A stretch of 64,000 nucleotides of DNA from the NCBI GenBank assembly GCA_038231435.1, contig JBBRLJ010000025.1:24095-88094 (forward strand), in the 5' to 3' direction. The notes beneath the pieces are model-generated. The model saw only the letters and a list, made by a program, of their open reading frames with translations, searched no databases and was not told the origin of the DNA. Positions 32,293 to 43,496 of this stretch are shown here, one piece after another (positions within the stretch are counted from its first letter, which is position 1; each line of letters starts with the position of its first letter). Made by a program: the position numbers and the translations under genes. This DNA comes from Planctomycetota bacterium (GTDB taxonomy: Bacteria > Planctomycetota > UBA11346).

Positions 32293-33138
32293 ATGATCAC
32301 CCCCCAGCAGAAAGCCTTCTTCGACACCTTCGGCTACCTCGCGCTGCCGGGTATCCTCGCTCAGGACATCGGCTGGATCATCGATCATTTCGAGGCGGTG
32401 TGGCGCGCGCGCCCGGACATCGTCCATGACGGCAGCCAGCGCACCATCTTCCCCGAGATCTTCATCTCCGCCGACGAACGGCTATCGACGCTGGTCGAGG
32501 ATCCACGCATCGTCGACATCTGCACCTCCCTGCTCGGTGACGGTTACACCCTCGCTGGTGGTGACGGCAATTACTACTCGGGCGACACCTCGTGGCATTC
32601 GGACGTCATGGACGGTACCTGGGATTCCAAGAGCCGCGTCCGCCACCTGAAGATCGCTTTCTACCTCGATCACGTCACCCGCGACACCGGCGCACTGCGT
32701 GTCATCCCCGGCAGCCATCTGCACGGCGACGCCTACAGCCGGATGCTCAACGAGCAGGTGTGGAACCCGGAGCGGGACCTGGGGGTAGGACAGCGCGACC
32801 TCCCCTGCGTGGCGCTCGACAGCGTCCCCGGCGACCTGGTGCTCTTCGACCACCGCACCAAGCACGCGGCATACGGCGGCGGCAACCGCCGGCGCATGTT
32901 CACCACCAACTGGTTCGCGCCGACGCCCACCGCCGAGGACCGCGAGATCGCGAAGCAGGTGATCCGCTGGTACTGGGACAAGGAGAACGTGCGCGCGCCG
33001 TTCCGCGCCGGCTGGGTGGAGTCCTCGCCACCCGAGCGCCAGCGGCGCTGCCGCAACAACATCGAGTTGTTTGCCGAGGTCGCGGCCGAAAAAACCGCGC
33101 TCACCGAGTCGGCCCGCGAACCAGCGCTCGCGCGCTGA
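32293..33138 (+). CDS. phytanoyl-CoA dioxygenase (PhyH) family enzyme
   Basis: QKAFFDTFGYL, WHSD, LRVIPGSH and PGDLVLFD..TKH motifs, with AAGGA RBS. Confidence 0.9.
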   Translation: MITPQQKAFFDTFGYLALPGILAQDIGWIIDHFEAVWRARPDIVHDGSQRTIFPEIFISADERLSTLVEDPRIVDICTSLLGDGYTLAGGDGNYYSGDTSWHSDVMDGTWDSKSRVRHLKIAFYLDHVTRDTGALRVIPGSHLHGDAYSRMLNEQVWNPERDLGVGQRDLPCVALDSVPGDLVLFDHRTKHAAYGGGNRRRMFTTNWFAPTPTAEDREIAKQVIRWYWDKENVRAPFRAGWVESSPPERQRRCRNNIELFAEVAAEKTALTESAREPALAR

Positions 33139-33205
33139 AAACGACGCGGCCCACCGCGCCAAGCAAGGGCGTGATGGGCCGGTCGAGGCCTTGGAAGGCC
33201 AGTGA

Positions 33206-34843
<1,638 letters not shown>

Positions 34844-35010
34844 GGCGAGGCTCCAGGTGCTCCCACGCGTCTCCGGGGCGCGTTGTGGGAGAGACGAACG
34901 ATACGGGGCTATGCTTACGAAGCTAAATGATGACCGAAGCTACATGCAGACCGAGGCCTGGTGGAGGCGACCCCCCTCTCGGAGAGGGAAGCCGCTGGGC
35001 CGTGGTCTGG

Positions 35011-35325
35011 TCAGGAATGCTCGAGCACGAATCGGCGCAGCGCCGGCTCGGGCTGGAATCCGACGGCCTTGGCCACCACCTTGCCGCCCTTGAAGAGCAG
35101 CATGGTGGGAATGCTCTGGACGCCGAACTGCTGGGCGAGCGCTGGTTCCTCGTCGACATTGACCTTGGCCACCACATGGGTGCCGGCCAGTTCGGCGGCG
35201 AGCTTCTCGACCACCGGGCCGACCATGCGGCACGGTCCGCACCACGGGGCCCAGAAGTCGACCAGCACTGGTTTCTCGCCGGCGACGGTCGTTTCGAAGG
35301 TTGATTCGGTCAGGGCGGTGGTCAT
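35011..35325 (-). CDS. trxA: thioredoxin
   Basis: DFWAPWCGPC and SIPT motifs, GGAGG RBS. Confidence 0.97.
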   Translation of the reverse strand: MTTALTESTFETTVAGEKPVLVDFWAPWCGPCRMVGPVVEKLAAELAGTHVVAKVNVDEEPALAQQFGVQSIPTMLLFKGGKVVAKAVGFQPEPALRRFVLEHS

Positions 35326-35506
35326 GGCTGCCTCCATGGATCGTGTTGAAAGGGGAGAGTCGTGGACTCCGAGCACACCGCGTGCCTAAGTCCATACGGC
35401 GTAGATGGGTCGGCGGATGTGCGTAGGGGCGTCGTGTCGGACCTGCGAAGCGGGCGCGAGCAGGCCCGATGAGGGCCCTCGGGGGCCGGGATCAGTGTAA
35501 AGATGG

Positions 35507-35522
35507 ATAGATGATCATCTAT
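35507..35522. promoter_or_regulatory. perfect 16-bp palindrome, putative ArsR operator upstream of trxA
   Basis: ATAGATGATCATCTAT, an AT-rich patch in GC-rich DNA. Confidence 0.6.
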
Positions 35523-35599
35523 GCCTACCGGAGTCCGCTTGGACAGGCTCAGCGGACAGGTTTCAGGCTAAGCCCGCGCGAGGAATCCCAGAGGGTGCG

Positions 35600-35941
35600 T
35601 CACTTCGCCTTGGTCGTAGCGGCCCGTTTCCTGGGGGCCGCGAGGTGCATCCGGCGGTTGAGGTCCGCGACGTACCCGGCCATGGTCTCGGGGCGGAAAC
35701 GGAAGTAGGCGAATTGGCCATCCTTGCGTCTCGAGATGAGCTCCGCCGAGACCAGCTCCTTGAGATGATGCGAGATCGTTGCCTGGGTCAGCTCGAACCT
35801 GCCGCAGACCTCCGAGCAGCACAGTTCTCCCGCCTCGGCGATCTCCTCGAGGATGCGGCAGCGCTGCGCGTCCGCCAATGCCTTGGATACGCGCGATACC
35901 TCGGATGGAGAGAGCGCGGATAGCAGTGAGGACGCGGGCAT
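35600..35941 (-). CDS. ArsR/SmtB family transcriptional regulator
   Basis: KALADAQRCRIL, ELCCSEVC, QATISHHLKEL and RRKDG motifs. Confidence 0.92.
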   Translation of the reverse strand: MPASSLLSALSPSEVSRVSKALADAQRCRILEEIAEAGELCCSEVCGRFELTQATISHHLKELVSAELISRRKDGQFAYFRFRPETMAGYVADLNRRMHLAAPRKRAATTKAK

Positions 35942-35945
35942 GGCG

Positions 35946-35970
35946 GAAGGATATATAGATATCCTTCGAT
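35946..35970. promoter_or_regulatory. inverted repeat directly upstream of arsR, putative autoregulatory operator
   Basis: GAAGGATAT-ATAG-ATATCCTTC (9-4-9), overlapping ATAGATATCCTTCGAT. Confidence 0.65.
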
Positions 35971-36024
35971 GCGTTCCGGTCAACCGATTCCGTCCGATGC
36001 CGCTCTCCGGCCGGCCAGGCACCG

Positions 36025-36522
36025 TCACGGCGAGGGCGGCTGCTTGCTCAGCGCCTCGAGCTGGTCGAGCAGCTGGACGAGTTCCGCGCGTGCGGTCGCG
36101 GCCTTGGCGCGCAGCGATGCGTATTCGGCGGTATTGTGGTCGATCCGGGCCTGCATGTCGTCGACCTGCTTGCGCGTCGCTTCGGCGATGGCATTGGCCT
36201 TGGCCCAGGCGGGCGAACCCTTGTCGAGCGCTGACAATGCCTGCAGCTCGTCGAGGTAGCGGTCGCGCAGGCCTTGTCGCTTCTCGGCGTCGCCTGGCTT
36301 GCTGCCGAACAGCGCCGAGCTGGTCGACGCGATGTCGCCGGAGAGCGTCTTCATGCGTTCCGCCAACTCGTCGCTCTCCTTGCCGAGCTTTTCGATGCCA
36401 CGGGTAATCTCGGGCAATGAGGCGCTGTCCGCTGGTTCTGGTTGCGGGCCGGTTTCGTCCTGCGCCCGGCAGCACGAGCACGCCGCGATCAACGCCACCA
36501 CCAGACCGAGGAACTGGTTCAT
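36025..36522 (-). CDS. hypothetical secreted coiled-coil protein
   Basis: Signal-like N-terminus, heptad-rich body, ATGA overlap with the upstream gene. Confidence 0.7.
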   Translation of the reverse strand: MNQFLGLVVALIAACSCCRAQDETGPQPEPADSASLPEITRGIEKLGKESDELAERMKTLSGDIASTSSALFGSKPGDAEKRQGLRDRYLDELQALSALDKGSPAWAKANAIAEATRKQVDDMQARIDHNTAEYASLRAKAATARAELVQLLDQLEALSKQPPSP

Positions 36523-36785
36523 GGCTGCTCCTGCGCCGGACGCGCCGGCGCGCGCAGCAGGGTCGCCAGGCCGAATCCCACCAGTGCGGCGCCGACCACG
36601 CCTGCGCCCGCGATCATCCAGCGCAGGCCGAGTGGGCCGACCGGGAGCGGCTTGCCGAGATACTCGACGCGCGCCTCGGCGTGGTCTGCGGCCAACTCCG
36701 CCGCGTTCACGCGATAGGCATGGAAGGCGATGCCCAGCACCGCGAATCCGCTCACCACGCGCAGTACCCCTGAGATCGCGCGCAT
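36519..36785 (-). CDS. small two-TM hypothetical protein
   Basis: MRAISGVLR... with two hydrophobic segments. Coupled to the downstream gene. Confidence 0.55.
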   Translation of the reverse strand: MRAISGVLRVVSGFAVLGIAFHAYRVNAAELAADHAEARVEYLGKPLPVGPLGLRWMIAGAGVVGAALVGFGLATLLRAPARPAQEQP

Positions 36786-36889
36786 TCCCGCCCCCTCTTC
36801 CATCGTTCGTCTTTCATCTTCCGCCGGTCTTCCGTCGTCTATCTCGCCGTGGCGCCGACCACCCGACCACACCAGCTTCACCGCCTGGC

Positions 36890-38317
36890 TCAGCGCGATG
36901 GTGCCTTGGCGCCGACGGTTGTGAACCGCCAGGTCTTGGTCCACGGGGTCCCGGCGGCATCGACCTGGAGCATCGCCTGGTAGGTCGAACCCTCGGCGAG
37001 CGGCTCCTTGGCGATCAGGCCCACCACGCACTGGTAGCCGTTGAACGTGGGATCGCCTCCGCTGGTGCCGTCGAACGCGTAGCAGTCGATCGGCGCCTTC
37101 GCCGCGGCGGCGGCCGTGCCGCCCGAGGCCGGGCCAGCCACCAGCGTCAGGCTCGACTTCACGAGCTTCAGCTTGCCGGAAGCGAAATACGCGGTGATCG
37201 GGTAGCCGGCCGAGCGGTCGCCCGCGATGGGATCCGGCATCTCGGGATTGAATCGCAGTGGCACGTCCACCTGCTCGGGCACCGGACACAGGACCGGCCA
37301 CTCCACCTTCTGCGACGAGAGATCGCGGCGCCCGTCGATGCCACCGAAGGCCCCCTCGTAGCCCACGCCGAATCCGCGCGTGAGCGGACGGATCACGTCC
37401 TGACGGTGGTAGAATGTGCCCATCATCATGGCCGCGATGTCTGGGGCGGCGGAGCCCTGGCTGAGGATGCTGTTCATGCCCGACTCGTTGCCGTCGGCCG
37501 AGTAGCCCGTGGCTCCGGCGTCCTCGGGATGGGTCAGCTTGCGGTTCGCGGCCATGTAGCGGCAGTGCTTCTGCAGACTGGCGCTCAGACCCGTGTTCTC
37601 GGGGCGCGGGGTCAGCCCGACAGTGGAACGCGCCTGCTCGATCCCCTGCAGGACACCCAGCGCATCGGGCACGGTGGTCGCGAGCGGCCTGCCCTCTACC
37701 TTGGGGTTCTCGCCCAAGGCTCCGATCGAGAATCCGGTGAGATCGAGCGACGGCGTGCACCAGCGTTCGTCGGGGGCGGGCAGCGGAAACAGGTACGACT
37801 GGCCGAGCCAGCACATGCCGTCGACGCCGGGCTCATTGAAGGTGCCATCTCCATCAACATCGACGAGCGCGACCTGGTCGGGCCCGATCTGCAAGGTCAG
37901 CTGCGTGACATCGCGGTAGGTCCACGCGCCGCCGCCGCCTTTCTCGAAGTAGATGCTCGCCTTGAGATGCGCCTTGGTGGCCGGGTCCTCGAGTGCGATC
38001 GTCTGCACGCCTTTGCCCACGGATTTGAATGTTCCGTCCTTCTTGAGGTCGAGCTTCAGCTCCTGCTTGCCCTCGGGCCCCTCGAGGTGCGTCGGGATGC
38101 TCAGGCCATGCAAGACGATGGCCTCGCCAACGGGATGGTCGACGTCGCCCATCAGCTGGGTACGGTATCTCGCCTGGGCGGTATCGACGCGCACCTTTAC
38201 CGCGATCGGCTTGTCGCCGTCGTGCGCGGGCAGTGCGGGCTTGGTCGCATCGGCCGCCGCAGCCACGGCGGCGCAGCCCAGGAGCACGATCGGCAGGACA
38301 CCAGTCGGGATACGCAT
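36890..38317 (-). CDS. secreted CAP/SCP-domain protein
   Basis: Signal peptide, DVDGDGTFN loop, AR..VGL..L..SLQKHCRYM..LTH.E and FYHRQDVI CAP motifs. Confidence 0.78.
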   Translation of the reverse strand: MRIPTGVLPIVLLGCAAVAAAADATKPALPAHDGDKPIAVKVRVDTAQARYRTQLMGDVDHPVGEAIVLHGLSIPTHLEGPEGKQELKLDLKKDGTFKSVGKGVQTIALEDPATKAHLKASIYFEKGGGGAWTYRDVTQLTLQIGPDQVALVDVDGDGTFNEPGVDGMCWLGQSYLFPLPAPDERWCTPSLDLTGFSIGALGENPKVEGRPLATTVPDALGVLQGIEQARSTVGLTPRPENTGLSASLQKHCRYMAANRKLTHPEDAGATGYSADGNESGMNSILSQGSAAPDIAAMMMGTFYHRQDVIRPLTRGFGVGYEGAFGGIDGRRDLSSQKVEWPVLCPVPEQVDVPLRFNPEMPDPIAGDRSAGYPITAYFASGKLKLVKSSLTLVAGPASGGTAAAAAKAPIDCYAFDGTSGGDPTFNGYQCVVGLIAKEPLAEGSTYQAMLQVDAAGTPWTKTWRFTTVGAKAPSR

Positions 38318-38427
38318 CCCTTCAGCGGAGCGCGGAGCCATCCCATGTCCATATGCGGCGCGCGAGGCCTGGGCTGGCGTGTCAGCACGTCGCTGGCGTG
38401 GTGTTACCGGGCCCAGCCCAGACCGGT

Positions 38428-38883
38428 TCACTTGAGCCAACCGCTCCGTCGCTGATGGTCGTGGGCGTAGCCGTAGATGATCTGCTGTTTATCCAAGGGC
38501 AGCTTCGCCACGCGTTTCGCCAGGTCGTAGCCCTTCGGATACAGCCTGGTGATGCCGAACCTGCTGGGGGCCTTCATGCGCCGTTCCATGATGCCATCGT
38601 GATCGTCGTCACACTCCGCGGCCACGCTCGAATAGACCGTGCGCTTGGTGGAGTCGGCCAGGCTGTCGTAGAACTTCTCGGCTTCGGCGACCGTGGGATC
38701 CATGACCGTGGTGTCCACGGGAGCCGCCCCCTCGCCTGCCGGCTTCGTCGCTGTCGTGGGAGTGGCCTCGGCGACCGGGCTGACCCCGACGGCCTCGGCG
38801 GCGCGCACTTCCCCCTGGGTGAACGCGAGCGACGCGATCACCAGGGCGCCGGCGGCCGCGGCACGCATGACGGCACTGATCAT
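38428..38883 (-). CDS. hypothetical secreted protein
   Basis: Signal-like N-terminus, Thr/Ala linker, DDDHDG motif. Start uncertain. Confidence 0.6.
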   Translation of the reverse strand: MISAVMRAAAAGALVIASLAFTQGEVRAAEAVGVSPVAEATPTTATKPAGEGAAPVDTTVMDPTVAEAEKFYDSLADSTKRTVYSSVAAECDDDHDGIMERRMKAPSRFGITRLYPKGYDLAKRVAKLPLDKQQIIYGYAHDHQRRSGWLK

Positions 38884-39020
38884 GGATGGGATCACGGCAC
38901 GGCTCACGCAGTCATCGTAGCCATCCGGGCTTCCACGCACCAGCCAAGACTCCGCGCCGGATCGATAGCAACGCCCAGGGTTTGCAGCGAAGACCGGGGG
39001 AATCAATGCTCCTGGCGGCC

Positions 39021-39659
39021 TCAGCTCAGTTGATAGATGGTCTTGTAGGCGCTCGTCGCCCCCGGAGGCGCCTCGTCGAGTTGCTGGAAGCCCATCCCGG
39101 CATGACGCGACAGGCCTTCGCGGAATTTGCCGGTCACCAGGATCTCGCCTGCCTTGGCGGTATCCTCGCCGAGCTTGCTGGCGGCGTTGACCTCGGCGCC
39201 GAACACGTCCTCGTCGCCGATGCGCAGCATCTCGCCAAATCCGAGGCCGACGCACAGCAGGATCTGTTCCTCGGGCAGGATGCCGGCGTTGTACTGCTTG
39301 AGCACCTGCTGCATCGCGATCGCGCATTCCAGGGCCCGGTCTGGCCGGCGGAAGATCACCATCATCGAGTCGGCCTCGACCTTGAGCAGGATGCCATCGT
39401 GGCGCTCGAGCACCGGCGACAGCACGCGCAGCGACTCGTAGATGGTCTGCAGGAAGTGGATGATGCCGAACTGCGCGACCCGGCGCGAGAAGCCAGAGAG
39501 ATCGGTGAACATCACCGCGTACGTCTCGCCGAAGAGATCCCAGATGCGCTTGTCGATCGTCGCCTTGTCAGCGCTCGGCTGGGCACGCTCCTCGATCAGC
39601 TTCTGGATGCGATCGGCCGACGCCGAGTTCGCGAGGGAGCGCACGTAGGGCATGAACAT
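39021..39659 (-). CDS. class III adenylate/guanylate cyclase catalytic-domain protein
   Basis: VMFTDLSGFS, KVEADS and DVFGAEVNAASKL motifs. Confidence 0.88.
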   Translation of the reverse strand: MFMPYVRSLANSASADRIQKLIEERAQPSADKATIDKRIWDLFGETYAVMFTDLSGFSRRVAQFGIIHFLQTIYESLRVLSPVLERHDGILLKVEADSMMVIFRRPDRALECAIAMQQVLKQYNAGILPEEQILLCVGLGFGEMLRIGDEDVFGAEVNAASKLGEDTAKAGEILVTGKFREGLSRHAGMGFQQLDEAPPGATSAYKTIYQLS

Positions 39660-39848
39660 GGCGATAGCGTGGGCTCTCGAGGGCGGGAGTCCATGGAGGA
39701 AGGAGAGGTGGGAATGGGAGGATGGGGGAAGGCTCGAAATTCGCTGCGAGCGCGTTGGTGCAACCCCGAAGTCCGTCCGAGGACCGAGTCAGCGGTTCTA
39801 GCCTCCAGGTTTCTCTGCCTCGGGCTGCCTCGGGCGCATTCCCTGGAT

Positions 39849-40742
39849 TCACGCCTCGGGCGACTTGGCCGCCTCGGCTTTCATGAAATCCTCTACTGTC
39901 GGCAGCCGATCCCGCTTCACTCCCAGGCGCGGCCGGCACGCGAGCAGGCCCTTGGTGTAGGGATGCTGCGGGTTGGCGAAGATCTCGGCGACGGGGCCTT
40001 CCTCGACCTTTTCGCCATTGCGCATCAGCACTACGCGGTCGGCGAGTTCGGCGACCACGCCCAGATCGTGGGTGATGAACAGCACCGCCATGCCCTGGTC
40101 CTTCTGCAAGCGCTTGATCAGTTCGAGGATCTGCGCCTGGATGGTGACATCGAGCGCGGTGGTGGGCTCGTCGGCGATCAGCAGACGAGGCGAGCACGCG
40201 AGCGCCATGCTGATGCAGACGCGCTGGCGCATGCCACCGGACATCTCGTGCGGATAGCTGTCGATGCGCGATTCCGGCTGCGGGATTCCGACCAGGCGGA
40301 AGAGCTCGATGACGCGTTCACGCCGCGCGTCGGCGCCGAGGTCGGTATGCAACGCGAGCGCCTCATCGACCTGATCGCCGCAGGTCCAGGTCGGATTGAG
40401 CGAGGTCATCGGCTCCTGGAAGACCATGCCCACCTCGCCGCCGCGCAACCGGCGTAGGCGCCGGGCATCCATCTTCAGGACATCCTCGTCGTTCCACCAG
40501 ATGTGCCCACCGGGATAGGTCGCCGGGGGCTCCTGCAGGAGACGCAGGATCGACATCGCCGAGACGCTCTTGCCCGAGCCCGATTCGCCGACCAGGGCCA
40601 CCACCTGCCCAGGCTCGATCGCGAACGATAGCCCCTTCACCGCGTCGAGCGTGCGTTCGCGCATACGGAAGGTGACGCGCAGGTCGTCGAAGCGCAGCAA
40701 GGGCTTCACTGCTGTCCCGGATCCCGATGCATTCGCGCTCAT
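39849..40742 (-). CDS. oligopeptide/nickel ABC transporter ATPase (OppD/DppD-like)
   Basis: [34 protein letters not shown] and HPYT motifs. Confidence 0.95.
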   Translation of the reverse strand: MSANASGSGTAVKPLLRFDDLRVTFRMRERTLDAVKGLSFAIEPGQVVALVGESGSGKSVSAMSILRLLQEPPATYPGGHIWWNDEDVLKMDARRLRRLRGGEVGMVFQEPMTSLNPTWTCGDQVDEALALHTDLGADARRERVIELFRLVGIPQPESRIDSYPHEMSGGMRQRVCISMALACSPRLLIADEPTTALDVTIQAQILELIKRLQKDQGMAVLFITHDLGVVAELADRVVLMRNGEKVEEGPVAEIFANPQHPYTKGLLACRPRLGVKRDRLPTVEDFMKAEAAKSPEA

Positions 40743-42025
40743 GTGGTGCTCTTGGGGTCGAGGGCCTCGCGCAGGCCGTTGCCGAGGAGGTTGAGGGCAG
40801 TCACCAGCAGGAAGACGGCCAGCCCCGGCGCATAGATCAGCCAACCATAGCGGATGTTCTCGCGCCCCTGTTCGAGCAGCCCACCCCAGCTCGGAGCAGT
40901 GGGGTCGCCGAGACCCAGGAAGGACAGCCCGCTCTCGCTGAGCACGGCGCCAGCGATGCCGAAGGTCGCGGTGATGATCAGCGGCGTCAACGCGTTCGGG
41001 AGGATGTGGCGGAACATGATGCGCCAACGAGACAGGCCCATCGACTCGCCAGCGGCCACGTAGTCGCGCACCGATTGCGCGAGGAATTCGCCGCGCACCA
41101 GGCGCGCGGTGCCGGCCCATCCGGTGAGACCGATGACCATCATGATCTTGAAGATGTCGCGATCGAGCATCGCCACCACCGTCAGGATGAGCAGAAAAGT
41201 CGGGAAGCACATCATGATCTCGACGATGCGCTGCAGGATCATGTCGACCCAGCCTCCGAAATAGCCGCTCACCCCGCCGATGAGCGTGCCGATCAGCAGC
41301 GACAATCCGCTCGCCACGAATCCGATGGTGAGGCTGATGCGGGCGCCGAAGAGCATCTGCGACAGCACATCCTTGCCGCCGGTGTCGGTGCCGAGCCAGA
41401 AACGATGGCCGGTCTCCTGATTGCGGTCGAGCGGCGCGGCCAACACGGCGCCGACGTAGGTGGCGTCGAAGCGGTGGGGAATTGGCGGGAACACGGCCCA
41501 AGCGTGGGTATCGGGCGGGAGGGCCTGGTAATCCTGGATGGTGGCGTGTGCCTGCGCCCGCTTGTCCCAGAACGAACGCCAGTCGTCGCCCTGCTTGCGC
41601 AGCGGCAACATGCAGGCGATCCAGGATAGGATGACGATCGCGCTCGACCAGGCTATCAGACGTCCGATTTTCATGCGCCGACCTAGCACCAGGCAGGCGA
41701 CGACCAGGAATGGCGCCTCCAACGCGAGAACATTGAACAACAGATCATGCCGCTTGGTGTAACTCCAGCGGTTGAAGAGGTCGGTAAAGAGCGGGTAGCG
41801 CCAGCCGTGCTCGTCGTGCCAGACGTAGGCGACCTCGCTGCTGATGAACGGCGCATAGGTCCCCAGCAGCAGCAGCAGCGCGAGGACTGCGATGCCGAAG
41901 CGGGCTCCGCCGGTACGCGCTAAACGCAGGAGCGCCAAGCGCATCGGGGACGCGGCCTCCAGCGTGGCCGTCGAACCCGGTTTCGCCGAAGCTGTTTCAG
42001 GCGCATTCAGAGCTGGCTCAACCAT
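40739..42025 (-). CDS. oligopeptide ABC permease (OppC-like)
   Basis: WLGTDTGGKDV, FRHILPN and LSFLGLG..PSWG motifs. Confidence 0.93.
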   Translation of the reverse strand: MVEPALNAPETASAKPGSTATLEAASPMRLALLRLARTGGARFGIAVLALLLLLGTYAPFISSEVAYVWHDEHGWRYPLFTDLFNRWSYTKRHDLLFNVLALEAPFLVVACLVLGRRMKIGRLIAWSSAIVILSWIACMLPLRKQGDDWRSFWDKRAQAHATIQDYQALPPDTHAWAVFPPIPHRFDATYVGAVLAAPLDRNQETGHRFWLGTDTGGKDVLSQMLFGARISLTIGFVASGLSLLIGTLIGGVSGYFGGWVDMILQRIVEIMMCFPTFLLILTVVAMLDRDIFKIMMVIGLTGWAGTARLVRGEFLAQSVRDYVAAGESMGLSRWRIMFRHILPNALTPLIITATFGIAGAVLSESGLSFLGLGDPTAPSWGGLLEQGRENIRYGWLIYAPGLAVFLLVTALNLLGNGLREALDPKSTT

Positions 42026-43487
42026 ACTTGCTCCGGATGCGCGGATCGACCACCGCGTAGAGCAGGTCCGCCACCAGGATGCCGACCAGCAGCAGGCCAA
42101 CCGAGATCACCGTCGAAGCCATGATCAGCGGCGCGTCCTGCTGCCGCGCCGCGTCGAGCAGCAAGGTCCCCAGACCCTGGATCGAGAAGATCGATTCCAC
42201 GATCACGAAGCCGCCGAAAAGCTCGGACAACAGGCCGGCGCCAAGTGTGATCATGGTAAGCATGCTGTTTTTCACAGCGTGGCCGTAGATCACCGCATCC
42301 TCGGAGGCGCCTTTGGCGCGCGCGGTGCGGGTATAGTCGGCGTTGAGCTGGTCGAGGAGATTGCCGCGCATGTAGCGCGATAGCGACGTGAAGCTGCCGT
42401 AGCAGAGCACGATCAGCGGCAGCGTGGCGTGCCAGAGCAGGTCGAGCAGGTAGGCCGGCGTCGAATACCACATCGAGTCGTCGCTCGAGAGGCCGCGGTT
42501 GGGGAACAGCGCCGCTCCGTGCGAGGTGTCGGTGCATAGGTGGTGCAGCAGCAGCGTGCCGACGAAGAACGACGGGAGGGACCAGAGCAGGAACAGACTG
42601 TTGGTGGTCGCGCGATCCTCGAGCGTGCCGACCCGCCGTGCCGAGCGGATGCCGAGCGGGATCGAGATGCCCCAGGCGATGATGATAGAGAGGAAATTCA
42701 GGCCGAAGCTGATGTACCAGCGCTCGCCGATGAGCGTGAAGGCGTATTCCTTGTGGGTCTCCGAATAGAGGCGTCCGGTGAACAGCTTGACCATGAGATC
42801 GGTGAAACCGGTCTCGACGAACAGCGCTTTCCATGCCTTCCCTTTGGAATGGGCGAAGGCGGTTCGGTTCAGCGGATCCTCGTAGACCGACATCAGCACC
42901 TTGCGCTTCGCCGCATACGCGGGATCGGCGATGGAGTCGAAGCGGTTGTTGCGCAAGGTCTCATTGAGCGACTGGATGCGGTTGAGCTCGACGCTCGAGA
43001 GCTCGCGGACGTTGCCAGGATCGACCGAGGCATATGCGCACAGCGCGAACGCGGTCGCGGCCGCAGGATGCAGTTCCTTCAAGGCATCGTCCGCCAACAC
43101 CTGATAGAGTGGCTCGACGGCAAAATGCCCGGCCAGCCACAGCTGCTTCTCAGCCCGGCTGCCGGAATTGGATCTGACGCCATGTGCCGGTGCCGCGACC
43201 TGCAATGTCGAGACCACGTCCGCCTTGGTCCAGAAGCCCCGCGTATTGATCAGCGCGGGCAGATCGTTACCGGCGCGGCGGAAGCGGTCGATGTAGTTCT
43301 CGACGTTCTTCGATGCCCCCTGCACCTTGCGTTCGGAGGCGACCCCTTCGCTGCCCTTGCCGGACTCCACCTTCATCTGTTCGGCGAGGGTGAAGCCTTG
43401 CAGACGCATAACGGCGAAATTGATCACCAGGATCCCCAGGAAGGTGGGGATCATCAGCAGGAGCCGACGGACGACGTAGGCGAGCAT
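42018..43487 (-). CDS. oligopeptide ABC permease (OppB-like) with a large extracytoplasmic insert
   Basis: YVVRRLL, TARAKG, VESIFSIQGLG and DLLYAVVDPRIR motifs. Confidence 0.93.
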   Translation of the reverse strand: MLAYVVRRLLLMIPTFLGILVINFAVMRLQGFTLAEQMKVESGKGSEGVASERKVQGASKNVENYIDRFRRAGNDLPALINTRGFWTKADVVSTLQVAAPAHGVRSNSGSRAEKQLWLAGHFAVEPLYQVLADDALKELHPAAATAFALCAYASVDPGNVRELSSVELNRIQSLNETLRNNRFDSIADPAYAAKRKVLMSVYEDPLNRTAFAHSKGKAWKALFVETGFTDLMVKLFTGRLYSETHKEYAFTLIGERWYISFGLNFLSIIIAWGISIPLGIRSARRVGTLEDRATTNSLFLLWSLPSFFVGTLLLHHLCTDTSHGAALFPNRGLSSDDSMWYSTPAYLLDLLWHATLPLIVLCYGSFTSLSRYMRGNLLDQLNADYTRTARAKGASEDAVIYGHAVKNSMLTMITLGAGLLSELFGGFVIVESIFSIQGLGTLLLDAARQQDAPLIMASTVISVGLLLVGILVADLLYAVVDPRIRSKYG

Positions 43488-43496
43488 CGGCCGCGA

